Assembly: GCF_006345805.1 (NCBI RefSeq)
Contig: NC_043000.1
Span: forward strand, 38,626,001 to 38,690,000
Direction: 5' to 3'
Source: Octopus sinensis
Taxonomy: Eukaryota
Length of the DNA stretch: 64,000 nt
Shown: piece by piece, positions 14,127 through 28,404 of the stretch
Layout of the letters: each line of letters starts with the position of its first letter
Position numbering within the stretch: position 1 is the first letter of the stretch
The notes under the pieces: model-generated
The model's input: only the letters and a program-made list of their open reading frames with translations
Told to the model about the DNA's origin: nothing
Databases searched by the model: none
Position numbers and translations under genes: made by a program

Positions 14127-17100
14127 TGCATGTATGTATGTATACGACGTGCTTTTTTTAGATTCCGTCTCCCAAATTCGTTCACAAGGCTTTGGTCAGC
14201 TCATAGCTATAGCAGAAAATACTTCTCCAGCGTGCCAGGCGTTGGGATTGATCTCTGAAGCAAATGTTTTACCACACAGCCACGCTTAAGCTTACTTGTT
14301 AAGAAATACTTACACGCAGTAAATTGATATTAGTAAATTACCAGCACTTATTTTACTAGGATTCGTGTAAGAAATTATAATTAATCCAAACAGCGTTGGG
14401 TTGATGATAATTGCGGAGAACGAAGGATTCTAAACAGTGTAAAGCATTTAGGCCGATGCTTTGCTATATCAGGCAGTTAATTGTGGGATTTCATTACACA
14501 AATAAAGTGGGAGTTGTTTTGATTTACTTGGCTGGGTAAAAATCAGGCGACAGAACAAGCTATAATTAATAATGCATTCTGAGATGTTGTCTCTTTCTCT
14601 CTGTCACTATTCAATAATTGAACGCTGAAAGTACACATGCTCTTATATTGCACGTTGTATTATTAATCGATAGACACGTTTTTAGCATGAGAAAGAATTG
14701 AAAATGACAGCAGAAGTGCTTAGAAATGCAAATGTGTGCACGCGTCATTAATCAATTAAAGTGGAGAGTTCTATCGTTATCGACGATCTAAAAATATAAC
14801 AGAGCACACACACATACTTATGTACATGTATACATGTGTATATATGTATGCACGTACATAAATGTATATGTATATGTGTGTGTGTGTGTGTGTATGTGTG
14901 TGTATGAAGGTGCGTGGCCTAGTGGTTAGGCTATTGCACGCACGATCGCTAGTTTTTGGGTTCGATTTCCAGAGTGCGCGGCGCATTGTGTTCTTCGACA
15001 AAAAACTTCATTTCACGTTGCACCAGTTCCCTTTCGATCAAGGGAGAATGTTGGTCTGCTCGCTGAGCCATCGGAGTGGTATCATTTCTTGGTTGAATCA
15101 ATGCAAAACGCATTGGTACCAGCGATGTGTAACAGCATCTGATAATCGGGTCGGTCACATGATTGCAGGATATGTATATAAATGTGTGTATGTGTGCGCG
15201 TGTTATTTCGGTTATAATAAAAACAATATTTTACATTAATCTGATGGACTACTCAGTTCTTTTGTAGATTACAAATTTGTTATCATTATTATTAGACAAG
15301 AATATTATTGACAGCGACTCTGAAGTTTTAGTCGATAATGGCTGCACTGGTCGAAACTTCGCAGTTACTGTTAATAACATTCTTCTTTAAGTCACTAGTA
15401 AAGATATTATTGTTTTAAGCATAATTACATATGTGTGTGAGTGAGTTTGTGTGTGTATATGTATGTATGTATGTATGGATGGATGGATAAATGTATAGCG
15501 GAACTCGGCTTGTGGCCGTGTAAAACCACTTCCTAAACTTAGTAAATCCGTGCAAAATTTACGAAGATACAGTGCGTGACTTTGTTTTGCGCACCATTGA
15601 ACCCACTATTCAGTGCGATCGGCTATAAAACCAACGGCACAATACACATACACACATGTACACATACCCCACCTCTCTATATATATATGTTAACTTATTG
15701 GCATAATTTTATATTATTATAAGAATAATATAAAAATATAATCCCTACAATTGTTTCGATTCAAACCCCCAAACCAACATCAAATTTATAAAAGCTCATA
15801 TTATGGAAATATTTTGGGGAGGAATTTCTTCAGAGTAACCAGACCCAAATCACATATGAGAAGTTTGAAAGCGTAAACATTTAGCTTTGGCAAAGCGAGA
15901 CAAATAATCTGGTGCTGAACTCAAAATGTGTATGCTTCAGAACACAACATCAGATGTGTGTTTGTACGGGCCCATATATATGTGTGTGTGCGCGTGTGCG
16001 CATGTATCCGTCTATCTCTGCTCTCTCTAGGTGATTATATGTCTGCGTATATTTGCATATCTTTATCTTCTTTTGGACAGAATTTTCAATAGGCAACAAC
16101 GTAGATTTACTCACTCATAACGCCTGTATGTTTCGAAAATGTAATTTTCCCAAATAAGGTGCACATTGCCTTAGGAGTTCCGACGAAGCTATAGGATGCT
16201 ATCCATGTAATCAACTCAGAGTGCGCCGCATCTTATTGCTGTGAGCTAACGAAGTTGATTACATAGGCTTTGTTTTTGCCAGTGTCATCTCTATTACTTC
16301 TCTCTCTCTCTATCTCTCTCTCTCTCACACACACACACACTCTCCTCATATATATATATATATGTGTGTGTGTGTTTGTGTGTGTGCGTATGTATATCTG
16401 TTTATATGTAACTATATTTATCTATCTATTTGCATATATATATGTATGTATGTATACGCATGTGTCTGTAAGCATGTTTGTGTATATGCGCATCTGTATT
16501 AGTGCGTCAGAATAACCAGAACGTTTACTTTATAATGAGTACAGCAAGGTCTTCATCTCAATAGAAGACATCCTTTTAAATGTATTTTATCATACTCGAG
16601 CGACATGAGAAAAAGAGGGCACGAGAAAGAGTTTAGGAGGCAGAGGTTCGAAACTGTGACACGGATGTCTTCTGACTTTCACTGCTTTTATTTGCAGGCT
16701 ACGTGAAGCATGAATCATGTACGTGCGAAATCGTAGCCCACTATCATTATAAATCAACGAGTAGATAACTGTGTTGAGAGAACATCTCAAGCACCGATAT
16801 CAGAATATTGATAGAAAAGTCACTTATATATGTATATATATATGTATGTATGCACACACACACACACACATTCAAGGGGATAGTAATATTTCACGTGACC
16901 ACAACGAAATAAAAGATTTAAAGCGTAAGTATGCCAAAAATAAGTAAATACATGTTTATCAATTTTAATGATTTGTATCAAAGAGAAGCATGTCTCTATC
17001 TCTTCATTTCACCGATCAATGGGATCAGTAGACTGAAACAGACGGCCGTTTGTTGTGAATCATTAAAATCTATTGACCCCTACACACACACACACATGTA

Positions 17101-17260
17101 TATATATATATATATATATATTTATACATATGTGTGTATACACACATGCATATATACATATATATATCTATATTTATATAAAAATATACATACATATATA
17201 TATATATATATATACATACATATATATACACATATAATACTTGCATACATACACACATAC

Positions 17261-17262
<2 letters not shown>

Positions 17263-17352
<90 letters not shown>
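17263..17352. repeat. (TAGA)n microsatellite (similar: 4800-4864, 20130-20180, 22708-22800, 29760-29838)
   Basis: Direct inspection. Confidence 0.97.
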
Positions 17353-17353
<1 letters not shown>

Positions 17354-17939
17354 CGTATGTGTGTATTTATATATGTATGCATGTACATGAAAAAATTACT
17401 TGGTAATTTAGAGGTTTGTCCATTTCTCATCTGTGAACGAGAAAGTATTTGCGAATTTTTTAACACCAATGCTGTATGGTTTCCATGTTTGTACAAACAT
17501 TCAATCCTGTTTGTACTGGACCATATTTTGACGGCATGAAATAACATTACAGCAATTGCAAAAGATAAATATTTTGAATGGGTTAAAAGATTTCAGTAAT
17601 TTAAATTATTGATTTAGCTTGGAATGAAATCCAGTCCAAGAATCTTGTCTCTCGAAACCTGACTCTTGTATTCTTTTAAAACTTCTAAAAAGGAATAACC
17701 ATACGAGAGAATACCAAAGAAAAGAAACGTGTATGACTACTTTGGCGCCAATATTATTTAAGCGGATACAAATATATTTTTATAGCGATTTGTGGTTTGT
17801 TGTAGCTGTGTTCTTCATCAACGATTGCAGTTTATCGTTATTGAAAATTGGGAAAATAAAATTGGCAAAAATAAACATGAGTGCAAAATGAATGGAAAAG
17901 GAATGGAACGAATTTATCCGACAATTCCACATCTTTTAT

Positions 17940-18362
17940 CTTTTTATCTTTTGCATGTTTTAGTCACGAGACTGCAGCAATGCTGGAGCAGAGCCTTCAA
18001 GAAATTTTAGGCGAATGAATCGACCCCATTTCATTTGATCTTTAAAGACCAGTACTTATTCCATCGGGAATGTTTTGCCGAACCGCTAAGTTACGGAGAC
18101 ATGCTAACACTGGTGTTAAGTGACACTGGAGAACACACACACACACACACATACACACACACATATTTGTATATACATACGTATATATATAATATATATA
18201 TACACACGACGGGCTTCTTTCAGTTTCCGTTTAATAAATTCACTGACAGGGCTTTGGTCAGTCCGAGGTTATGGCAGAGGTCATTTGCCCAAGGTGTCAG
18301 GCAGTGGGACTGAACCCGGCCCATGTTGTTGGTAAGTAAGCTTCCTACCACACAGTCACGCA
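17940..18362 (-). mobile_element. SINE family B, diverged full-length copy
   Basis: Collinear with 13622-14040. Confidence 0.8.
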
Positions 18363-19527
18363 GTCGCTTAAATAGATACACACACACACACACACACATA
18401 ACGGCAAGAAATAATTTTTGCTTCTTTTTATGGAGACAAAAGGTTTTATAAGACTGCAAAGAAGTGCTGAAATGTAATTGAGACACAAAAAAAATATTGA
18501 TCCAAAAGTCACTTGCGAATATAAATACAGATATATAGAACGGACTATCAAGAAGGAATATACAATCGACTAAAAATTCTAAAGAGTGTCATGCAACCAA
18601 CAATCTAAATAAAATAAAATATCAGTCGACCAAAAAAAAATTGCTTCTTACTCCTCTCGGTTCGATTAGGAGTTGAAGTGCACTTTAACTCGTAATCATT
18701 TTAGAATGTCATACAGCATATATTTATCTTTACGACGACCTACACGCGTTTCTGCTACACAGAGCATGAATAGCTGCATATGCAACCAGGCATAATTTTC
18801 TATACAGCTTTCTTTCGGCTCTTTCAACCAGTTGGACTTCAAGCGAAATGAATTTAGCATTTTGGGGGATGCGCGAGAAAGTTCATTTGAATCTGAAATC
18901 CGATCTTGTAAAATTATCAGGCTGACCTCCATAAATATCGAGTATGTACCAGTCTCCATACTCTCTATCGTTACAATTATTGCAAATATTCATTCCAGAT
19001 AAAATGTTACAACCCGATTAAGCTAACACGGAATTACCTATCGGAGGAATTGACAGCGTGAGTCATAACTCCTAGTAGTTATAGACGGTAAATACTAATC
19101 GATGCGGTTAGCCGTATCCTGGAATGCATCACTGAGAGCTACCACGGTATCAGCTCGAGTAATATATCCCTCTAAACTCATATATATATGAGGAGGCACT
19201 ATTTACGGAGGCACACACTTATACACTTACACACGCATGCGCACCTTCGTATTGGGATCACCAATAATTTATTATCTCCCCTGCTTTCAACCTCTTCGAA
19301 ACTTATTTCGAACTTATTTTCCAATCAGTCGCCATGCTGGACCACTGAAATCCACAAGCTTCTTTTTTTGTTTATTCAATCTCTGTTTATTTTCTCATAT
19401 TCTTTTCTGTTGACGAGGGTAGGCTCGAAGCGCAAAAGACTTTTTCATTTTCCCGAGCGTCAAATTAAAACACCTGCTTGTTGTTCATACACTTGTCTTC
19501 GTCTTTTGTCTTTCTATAAATTTGAAC

Positions 19528-19580
<53 letters not shown>

Positions 19581-19886
19581 TTACACACACACACACATAT
19601 ATATACTTGAAACTTATGGAAAAACAAAAGTCGAAAACAGTTGTGTTGTCTATTCTTAGCTACAATAGCGATAACATACATTTCTTCCATCTTCTTGCTC
19701 TGTTAAAATGTTTGAGAAGAATTATATTAATGTGTCCTACTTGTTAAAATGTTATTTATTTATTTGTGTAGCTGGAGATGGCCCCACATTCATATTGATA
19801 TTGCGATTGAATGATTCAATTAAATGGTGTCGCTTGAAACGGTGGTACTGCATCACTGCTTGATATCCTGTTGCTTATTTTGATTT

Positions 19887-19950
<64 letters not shown>

Positions 19951-19964
19951 GTGTGTGTGTGTGT

Positions 19965-20008
<44 letters not shown>

Positions 20009-20084
20009 ATATATATATATCTAAATATATATGTAGGTATGTATATTTGTATGTATATACGCATATATACATACACACACACAT

Positions 20085-20180
<96 letters not shown>

Positions 20181-20707
20181 TTAAAACTCCTTACGTGTCC
20201 ACATGAAGATATTAAGTGCTTAATGGAGTTTAAAAGATTATAGCGTTTACTTACAAGACTTTGTTGTGTAAAATATAAATATATGTGAAGCACGATAAAA
20301 ATATTGTCGTGTTTTCCTCATTTTTAAACAAATTATTTTTAGAAAGAATAAATTACAATCCATTTCAGTATTATAAACCCAAGGATAAGTAGAAATGCAA
20401 TATTAGTAACGACATGAATAAATGCATGCATAGCTATACACATACATACATACATACATACATACATACATACATACATACATACTACATACATACATAC
20501 ATACATACATAAATACATACATACATACGTTGATGTGTATGTATGTGAGAGTATACAAACACACACACAACACATAGACACACATACACACAAACCTATA
20601 TATGTAGATATAGATATAAATATAGATAAATACATACATGTATTTGAATATGTTTGTTTTTAATGTATGTTATGCTATATGTATATATATAATACATACA
20701 TACATAC

Positions 20708-20738
<31 letters not shown>

Positions 20739-20751
20739 GATATATATAATA

Positions 20752-20801
<50 letters not shown>

Positions 20802-20805
20802 AAAA

Positions 20806-21140
20806 AAGGGTAAAGACCCTCCTTCGGTCATGAATGACCATGGGATTGCACCTAGAAAGTTACCCTCCTAGACACAAGTCCGGGCAACGTTGTTTATGGA
20901 AGACCAGCAGTCGCCCATGCCTCCCCTCTCCACGCCACCAGTGTTATCCAAGGGAAAGACAAAGGTCGATACAGCCTGGCACCAATGACGTCGCAACTCA
21001 TTTCTACAGCTGAGTGAACTGGAGCAACGTGACATAAAGTGTCTTGCTCAAGAACACAACACGCAGCCCGGTCCGGGATTCGAGCTCACAACGTCACGAT
21101 CGTAAGCTCGACGCTCTAACCACTGAGCGAAGCGCCTTCA
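20806..21140 (-). mobile_element. SINE family C, intact-looking copy (others ~1625-1930 +, 5440-5672 -, 7590-7770 -, 14905-15170 +, 53200-53405 +)
   Basis: tRNA-like head (gctcagtggttagagc...gagctcgaatcccgg), then gtgttcttgagcaagacacttta...ccagttcactcagctg. The 3' tails differ between copies. Confidence 0.8.
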
Positions 21141-21141
21141 C

Positions 21142-21197
<56 letters not shown>

Positions 21198-21215
21198 ATA
21201 ATATATATATATATA

Positions 21216-21272
<57 letters not shown>

Positions 21273-21326
21273 CCGAAAGGGTATGCTCCCGACTTTCAGT
21301 GTTCCCAAATCCGATTCAAGGAATTC

Positions 21327-21378
21327 TGAGCTGACGAAAGAAATGTCGAATTGACTAATCTAGAAACGTACGTTCTCA
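21327..21378 (+). ncRNA. Minimal type I hammerhead-like motif in a (TA)n-flanked repeat (21272-21557)
   Basis: TGAG CTGACGA [stem II aga/tct + gtc/gac] GAAA CGTACG TT CTCA. Palindromic ACGTACGT helix III. The first stem II pair is A-A. Confidence 0.55.
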
Positions 21379-21553
21379 AATAACCTTTGCACTTGATTTT
21401 TTAATGTTTTTTCCCCCATACCTTTGTGAGTTGGTTTAGGCAAACACTATCTGAGAGAGATCTTCTTTAAGTATTAGAAATGGCTGAAGAAATTTCTTTA
21501 GCTGCTATTTCCAATGAGTTCAGTATGTGGCAAAGTAATTTATTTTACTAAGC

Positions 21554-21594
<41 letters not shown>

Positions 21595-21790
21595 ATCCAA
21601 ACAAGAAAACACAAAAAAACACAACAACACGAGGACGTGGAACAAATATAGTATTATTGGACGCTCAGGAAAGAAGGAAAGAAGGAGGGTATAACGTTTC
21701 GAGCGGAGCTCTCCTCGTCGGAAACATAGGAGAAGGAAAGGTCCAGAGAAGGGAAGACAGAGGAAAAAAAAATAGCCAACGGTACACACG
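21595..21790 (-). mobile_element. Second copy of family H1
   Basis: Reverse-complement match to 41-210, abutting (TA)n. Confidence 0.6.
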
Positions 21791-22707
21791 AGGTCACATT
21801 TACCCAATGCTATTTCTGTTAAAGAATTATATGTGTGTCTGTAAGCGTGTGCGTATTGTGTGCGTGAGTATGAATGTGAGTGTGTGTGTCTCTGTGTGTG
21901 TGTCTGTGTGTGTATGTGTCTTCCATCGTTATCCTCTGCTTTACTGTATAATTTCCATTTTTCTCTAACTACATTCTACCTATTTTGTCTCACCCTTTTC
22001 ATACCGTCCTCGTACTCTGTTTCTATCCTTATCATGTAGATTCTCCTCTCTCCTCGTCTTCCATTTCATCCCCTGCAAACATCCTTCCTTCTTTCTATAC
22101 TGAAGGGCACGTTGCCTTTAATGGACAGATCATAAGTTAACCTTGCTCGTTCTTTGTACATTTTAAGCACACCTCTTAGGTTCTTTTTGTCATCTGATTG
22201 GGAGGAGAGTTTCGGCCGATGAAAGAATTTCAGCTCTGTATAAAGATCTATTCTGAGGTAGCGACGTCATGCCAAAACAACAGGTCGCAAGATGGGATTC
22301 CTTAGAACCGAGATGAATGAGTGTTTGCTGGCTAGTTCCTCTACCAGGCTTTCAACATGCTCGGCATCACTGGGGCCAGTTGGTTGAAGGCCGTCACGTT
22401 GGGTGTGGAGACAGCAGAGTGTGCTTGTAGGTGGTTGTAGATCAGAGAGTGTGAGTCCTAAAAGGGGTAGTGCTACTCAGGTTGGTACTTGCTAAACACA
22501 ACCTGGTATTTGATCGTTTGATGAGTTACCTGGGTGACAATATATCTTATTGTCGAAGGATCTGAAACGCTCAATGAAGGTAGAAGAGAAAACCCACGTT
22601 TCTGAAGTGTCCTGTTGCGTTCCATCATGATATATGAAAAAAAAAACCTAATGTGCACAACGCTTCCTCAAGTTACTTTACAGAATATTCAGCATCACTA
22701 CTTTCCA

Positions 22708-22802
<95 letters not shown>

Positions 22803-24555
22803 GTGTATGTGTGTACGCACATATATACATATATATGATTATCTCCATGCCTTGCCAACGAACAATACATGCACTTCACTGATGAGACTCAAGAAGATCG
22901 AAACATGTCCACTGTCTCTACCGTTTATTTTTGAAGACAAGAACCAAACCAATTCTCTGGAACATAAATAAAAACACTCTAGTTGCTCTCTCGTTATTTC
23001 TCCTAAAAATTAAAATTACTGATATTATTGAAGTTAACTCTCTTTAAAATCTAAATTTTAGACATCGTTGAAAGCTTTTGTCTTGTAATTGCAAAGATGT
23101 CCGAGGTAATTGAATTTATTCTACGCATTGTATGAGATACACGAAACTATTCACTTATGCAAACACACAGCCAGGCCGAAAAGACATTTTCTAACGCAAA
23201 ACCACGCACGCGCGCACACACACGCACACACACACATGCACACACACACACGCACATATACATGTACGAAGTCCCGTACATGCAACCATAGAAACTCTGG
23301 AATACACATTCATAAATAAAACCCACTCCAGCACAAACGCATCTTGGCAAACGGAGAGTATCTCTGTCATGCTAAAACACACATTTACTCACATACACAT
23401 TCGTGCACGCACGCAGACCTACACATCCATACATGTAGACATGTTAAATATTTTAGACGTTGTTAATAAACCCGTGGAAAGTTACTGCACCAATCTACCA
23501 TAAACTATGATGTTATCATTGATGGTCTCTGTGTTTGTGTAAAGTATCCGATATTTGACGTAATTTTAGCTTCCTCTGGTGGCAGGCAGCTTTTGGATAA
23601 TTAATGGGCCGAATTCACAATGAAACAAAAACATAAATACAAACGTCTGGTTTTGTCTGATGCATGGAGCAGACAATTTGTTCAGATCAGGACATTGCTA
23701 CAGGATGTATTGATAAGTGTTAAACGCTAATAATAATATAATTCTCTCTTTCAAGATCGATCAAATAAAGGTCACTCTCATTGATTTCTGACACAGACAT
23801 ACGAGAACATATTATTTGTGAAAGCGTAAGTGTATTTTGTGATGTTCATGCTTTGTCCAAGAGCGATAGCTTTGGAACTTCAGCTCGGAATGGAATACCA
23901 TATGTTAATTTTTGTGGCGATTATAGAATAACATTTTTTTCTCTGTATACAAACTAAGCACTCAGTGAAAAACATTAGGATTTAACTAGATACGTTCTAG
24001 TTTAGCTCGACGTTCGTGTGGCAATTACACCTTCCTTTAGTGCATTAAATATGTAAGAGCAAGCAAATTATCGTTTGTGCGTTTCAGCGTGGGGCAAAGA
24101 TGTAATGGAGTGAATCTATTCCAGTTCATTAACTTGCATGTAGCGATCGCTCCATGTGGACGAAATGTTGCATAATCGTCGGTAAGAGTTGACTGCAGAA
24201 TGAAGAGCTAAATGGAAGGATTGGTGCTGTATCAAGTATAAATAATATATCGGTATGAAAGTAACATGCATATGGACAGGTACTGTACCTGCTATCCGGA
24301 TATTGATAGTCGGGAACCTCATATAATCCGCACTAATTTGACTAATTTACACTTGCCGGTATTTTATTTAATTATTTAAATAAATTTAATATTTGTTAAA
24401 TTCAGAGTGTGTTGATCAAGCTGACGACTTCTGGTCCGGAAAAGGAAATATTATCCGGAAAGGCTTTGAAAAAACGGTATTGATATTTGAACCTACATGT
24501 GTGTGTATATATATGTGTGTGTGAATATATATATATACATAATATAAATAAAATG

Positions 24556-24604
<49 letters not shown>

Positions 24605-26092
24605 GTGTGTTTATATATATATGTGTGTGTTTATGTATATATATATATATACATATATGGGTACAGGACGTATATATGGGTACAGGATATCACAAAACGT
24701 AAACATGAAATGCGAAGACAAACTTGGGTATATAAACAACGAGAGAAATAAATGGAAAGCAAGACAAGTAACATAAAGAACGACGCTTCATCAGTTGTCG
24801 GCTGTCTATCCTCTCCTCAGCATTAAAGACAGATATCTTGGTTAGTAAGGTTAGTAGATATATCAAAGAGAAATAACAGCAGAAATTAAAGAGGTTTAGA
24901 CTAACTGCATCAATAATTTCGAGTAATCATATAATGGTTGCATTGGTATTTCATAGACGAACGACAAATATATTAGCTGAAGATTTGGGTATAAGGCTAG
25001 CAACTTCAGGAGAGGCGTTAAGTCGAATTCATCGATTCTATTCCTCAACTAGTACTTAATTTATCGACTCCAAAATCATGAAGAACAAACTCGGCCGCAA
25101 CAGAATTTGAACTCGGAAAGTAAAGACGGATGAAATATCGCCAAGAATTTTTGTCCTGCGTGCTAACGAATATGCCAGCTCACCGCCTGATGAATGACAA
25201 ATATATTATTACCTGTTGTCAAAGAGTTACATTAGTGAAAATTTATCACTGTTTTGATTAGCAGACGGAGGATGAGCAAATAGTAAAATCTATTGAATAA
25301 GATTCGTTAAGCTTAGCATTTTTGTTGTGTATTCTAATAGTCGTATATACTTTAATTACATGTACAAAGTCGTATAACTTAACGCTATATATATATATAT
25401 TAGCATATTTGTATATGTATATTTTAAATATATATTTATTTGTATATGTATATTTTATATAACTGAACATAATGCAACGTAAGTAAATTTTAATATTTTC
25501 CATTCGTATCTCTTTAAAAGTACATAATATATCTCTGGTTGATGTACAAATAAATTTATTAGTTATGTTTCCTTTTTTTTTTTTGTAATAATACAGAGAG
25601 ACCAAAGATATTTCTACATCAAACTTTAAAATGTTTTTCTCAATAGACCTTCTGTCTGCACTACATTTTTTGAAACTCATGAACTTGTGAAACAGGTAAA
25701 TATGAAAATATCTTTTTGAACACTCCGAGTGCATTTTCAACTTCTTTTCGTAATAAATATGTAATTTTTCTTTTCTGAAATACATTTGGTAGTGAATATA
25801 TCGAGAGATTTCTTTTATCATAAAAGCTAAACAGGAAATAACACAAATTCGTATTGAAATAAACTGTTAGATTGCAAATTCTGTCTCTAATTCATTTATA
25901 TGTTTTAATAGACTATATAAGATCAATTGCAAGTAAAACGGAATAAAAACATATTTCAAACGATTAAATCTAGTAAACTGCAATTGAACAATAACGATCT
26001 CGTGCTATTTATTTGTTTTAAAATATTTGTATTAAAATATAAATATTTAAATAGGTGTGTGTTTAGAATATGTTCAGACGTAAATAACTAAC

Positions 26093-26199
26093 CTCATTTT
26101 TCAGCTCTAGGAGAGACAATGATATACATCCATCGATGATAGGTTCTCCCCAATCACCGTTGTTGTCTGCGGTTCTCATGCAGGGTCGAACTGCGGAGT
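26093..26199 (-). CDS. Adhesion GPCR exon: C-terminal half of HRM domain and link into GAIN
   Basis: Acceptor gttttgttttcttctattggcag, donor GAG|gttagt, 107 nt, phase 1-0, matching both neighbouring exons. Encodes (D)SAVRPCMRTADNNGDWGEPIIDGCISLSLLELKNE, matching the A.R.C...G.W..P....C.S motif of CELSR/ADGRL/ADGRB-type receptors. Confidence 0.9.
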
Positions 26200-26599
26200 C
26201 TGCCAATAGAAGAAAACAAAACAAGCGACTTCAGTAATGAATGGTATTTTCTTTGACCAAACTCTTCATGGGATTCACCAATTTAGTTTCAAACAGATAT
26301 AAAAGACCTGAAATTTATAAGGAAGGAATAATTGATTATGTTGACCCCAGCAACAGACTGATACTTATTTTGTAATGCACTTGTCTTTGAAAAGAAAAAT
26401 CGACCTCAGCGGAACTTGAACCTGGAAAGTAAAATATCAAAACAAAAGATATAAAATGTATTTACTTCAGTCGACATTTTAACAAATCTGCAAAACGGGG
26501 CAAGGTTTCGTTCAATCAGTGAAATGAATCAACGTGGATCCTATTTAGTACATACATGGGTCACCACTAGGAAACATAGGTGCGATGCACATCGTTTAT

Positions 26600-26933
26600 T
26601 TTAATTGTGGTACTCCAGCATGGTCATAAGATCCGGCTGTCTATCGATGGCTTTTTGCCGAACCGCTAAGTTGCGGGGACGTAAACACACGAGCATCGGT
26701 TGTCAAGCGATGGTGGAGGACAAACACAGACACAAACATACATACAAATACATTATATATATATATACACGACGAGCTTCTTTCACTTTCCGTCTACCAA
26801 ATCCACTCACAAGGCTTTGGTCGATCCGAGGCTATAGTAGAAGACACTTGCCCAAGGTGCCACGCAGTAGCATTGAACCCGGAACCATGTGGCTGGTACG
26901 CAAAGCTACTTACAACACAACCACTCCTGCGCC
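26600..26933 (-). mobile_element. SINE family B copy
   Basis: Collinear with 13622-14040. Confidence 0.8.
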
Positions 26934-28404
26934 TAATATAAATAATAATATAAATATTTAATATGGAAATTATTTTATTATGAAATATGATACTTTATAT
27001 TATTTATATAAAGATATCATAAATGCATAATATATAAACCATAAATCAATGAGTAAGTATAAAAAATGATTTACATCTATTTAGTATTCAAGTACATGGA
27101 CGAGCAAAAAGTGTCGGAAGTTATATCACTTTGTTTGAAAAGAATTCAACGTATTTTGATGTTAATTCCGGTCGCACAGATAATACGCTAGAATGATCAT
27201 TTCTCTTTTGTCATAGATACCATGTCTGTTGAAGCATTATTTTGGTTGATGAGTATTCTGTTTGCTCGGAAACATTGAACTGGAATTATCCCAGATAAAA
27301 AGAGAGACGTCAGAAGCATAAGTTTACGTCGTACGTCCAAGCTTCCCGCTGGAAATAGAAATATGCCTGGCAGTTACACCATTACTGCACTTCCTTCACG
27401 ATTAATGATAATGAGCTCATTTGTAGTAGTTTCAAATTTTGGCACAAGGCCAGAGCTTTCGGATGAGAGGGTGTAAGTCGATGGTGCTTATTTCATTAGT
27501 GCTTATTTTATTCACCCAGAGAGGATGTAAGACAAATTCGACCTCTGCGGAATTTAAACTCAGTGCGTAAAGTTGGACGTAATGCCGCCAAGCATCTTGT
27601 TCGAAGTGCTTACGATTCTGCCAGATCATTGCTTTAATGAGCTCACTTATATTAGAAGCGATTCATCCATGACTCCCTGCTCGAAAAAGAGTTGCTTTTT
27701 TTTTACCTAAATGTTGCTCCTGTCACCCGTTAATGACAACTAGTAACTCACCATATTTCTATAGTTAAATCAGAAGTGGAATGTCAATGACCGTAGCAGT
27801 TTTCAAGTTATCTGAGTTTTGAGGGAGGAAAAAGACTGGAGGAATCCACATCCCACAGGTAGGATGGAAGAAGTGAATCAAGAGATATGTCCTAAAGCCA
27901 AAGAACTGGACGAAATACTTGACCAAAGTGAACAGCGCTGAAGTTACAAAGAGTCAGTTAGTTGGTATTAAACTAGGTGGCGTTGTATGTCTGCTCTTCA
28001 AGATGCCTAAAACTGCAGAAATATTAGCGACATCGGAGTTACCAGTTTTGAGGTATAAAGGGATAGTTAAATGTCAAGGTTGTTTCCCCTCGTCCTTGTG
28101 AAAATATTAAAGGCGAAACCTTTCTCAAATATATTTGTGTTGATAATGCTTGTTCTCAGTAAAGTGATTTGCCAGAGTTTACATCGATTTCTCGTTAGTT
28201 TCAATTTACCTTAAAGCTGTGTCACTAAATTACCAATACAGACAGTTGAAACACGCTATAAATCATTGAAAGGAGAAAAGCAACATTAAAAAGAATATAT
28301 AAGTTTAAACAAGTAATAACAACTATTTTATGAGAGATTTTCCTTCATTATTATTATAACACTTATTAAATTACACTTTCACAAAACTCCGGATATTTAT
28401 ATTG

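Noticed and set aside
14305-14430. Open minus-strand frame ending at a GTAAGT donor
   Set aside because: The sequence is a decayed SINE A-like copy.
17385-17545. Minus-strand stretch with a strong acceptor and DEKWTNL motif
   Set aside because: An in-frame stop follows immediately, and the other frames give no domain-like sequence.
18696-19170. Non-repetitive stretch with short ORFs on the minus strand
   Set aside because: No splice-consistent frame or recognisable motif.
20806-21140. tRNA genes at box A/box B motifs
   Set aside because: The heads run directly into SINE bodies and I could not fold a full cloverleaf.
24406-24476. Plus-strand exon-like stretch (E)CVDQADDFWSGKGNIIRKGFEKT
   Set aside because: It has AG/GT boundaries but no partner exons or recognisable domain, so chance is likely.
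27218-27350. Open minus-strand exon-like frame GSLDVRRKLMLL...
   Set aside because: Its end phase (0) does not fit the phase-1 HRM junction, and the HRM is complete without it.
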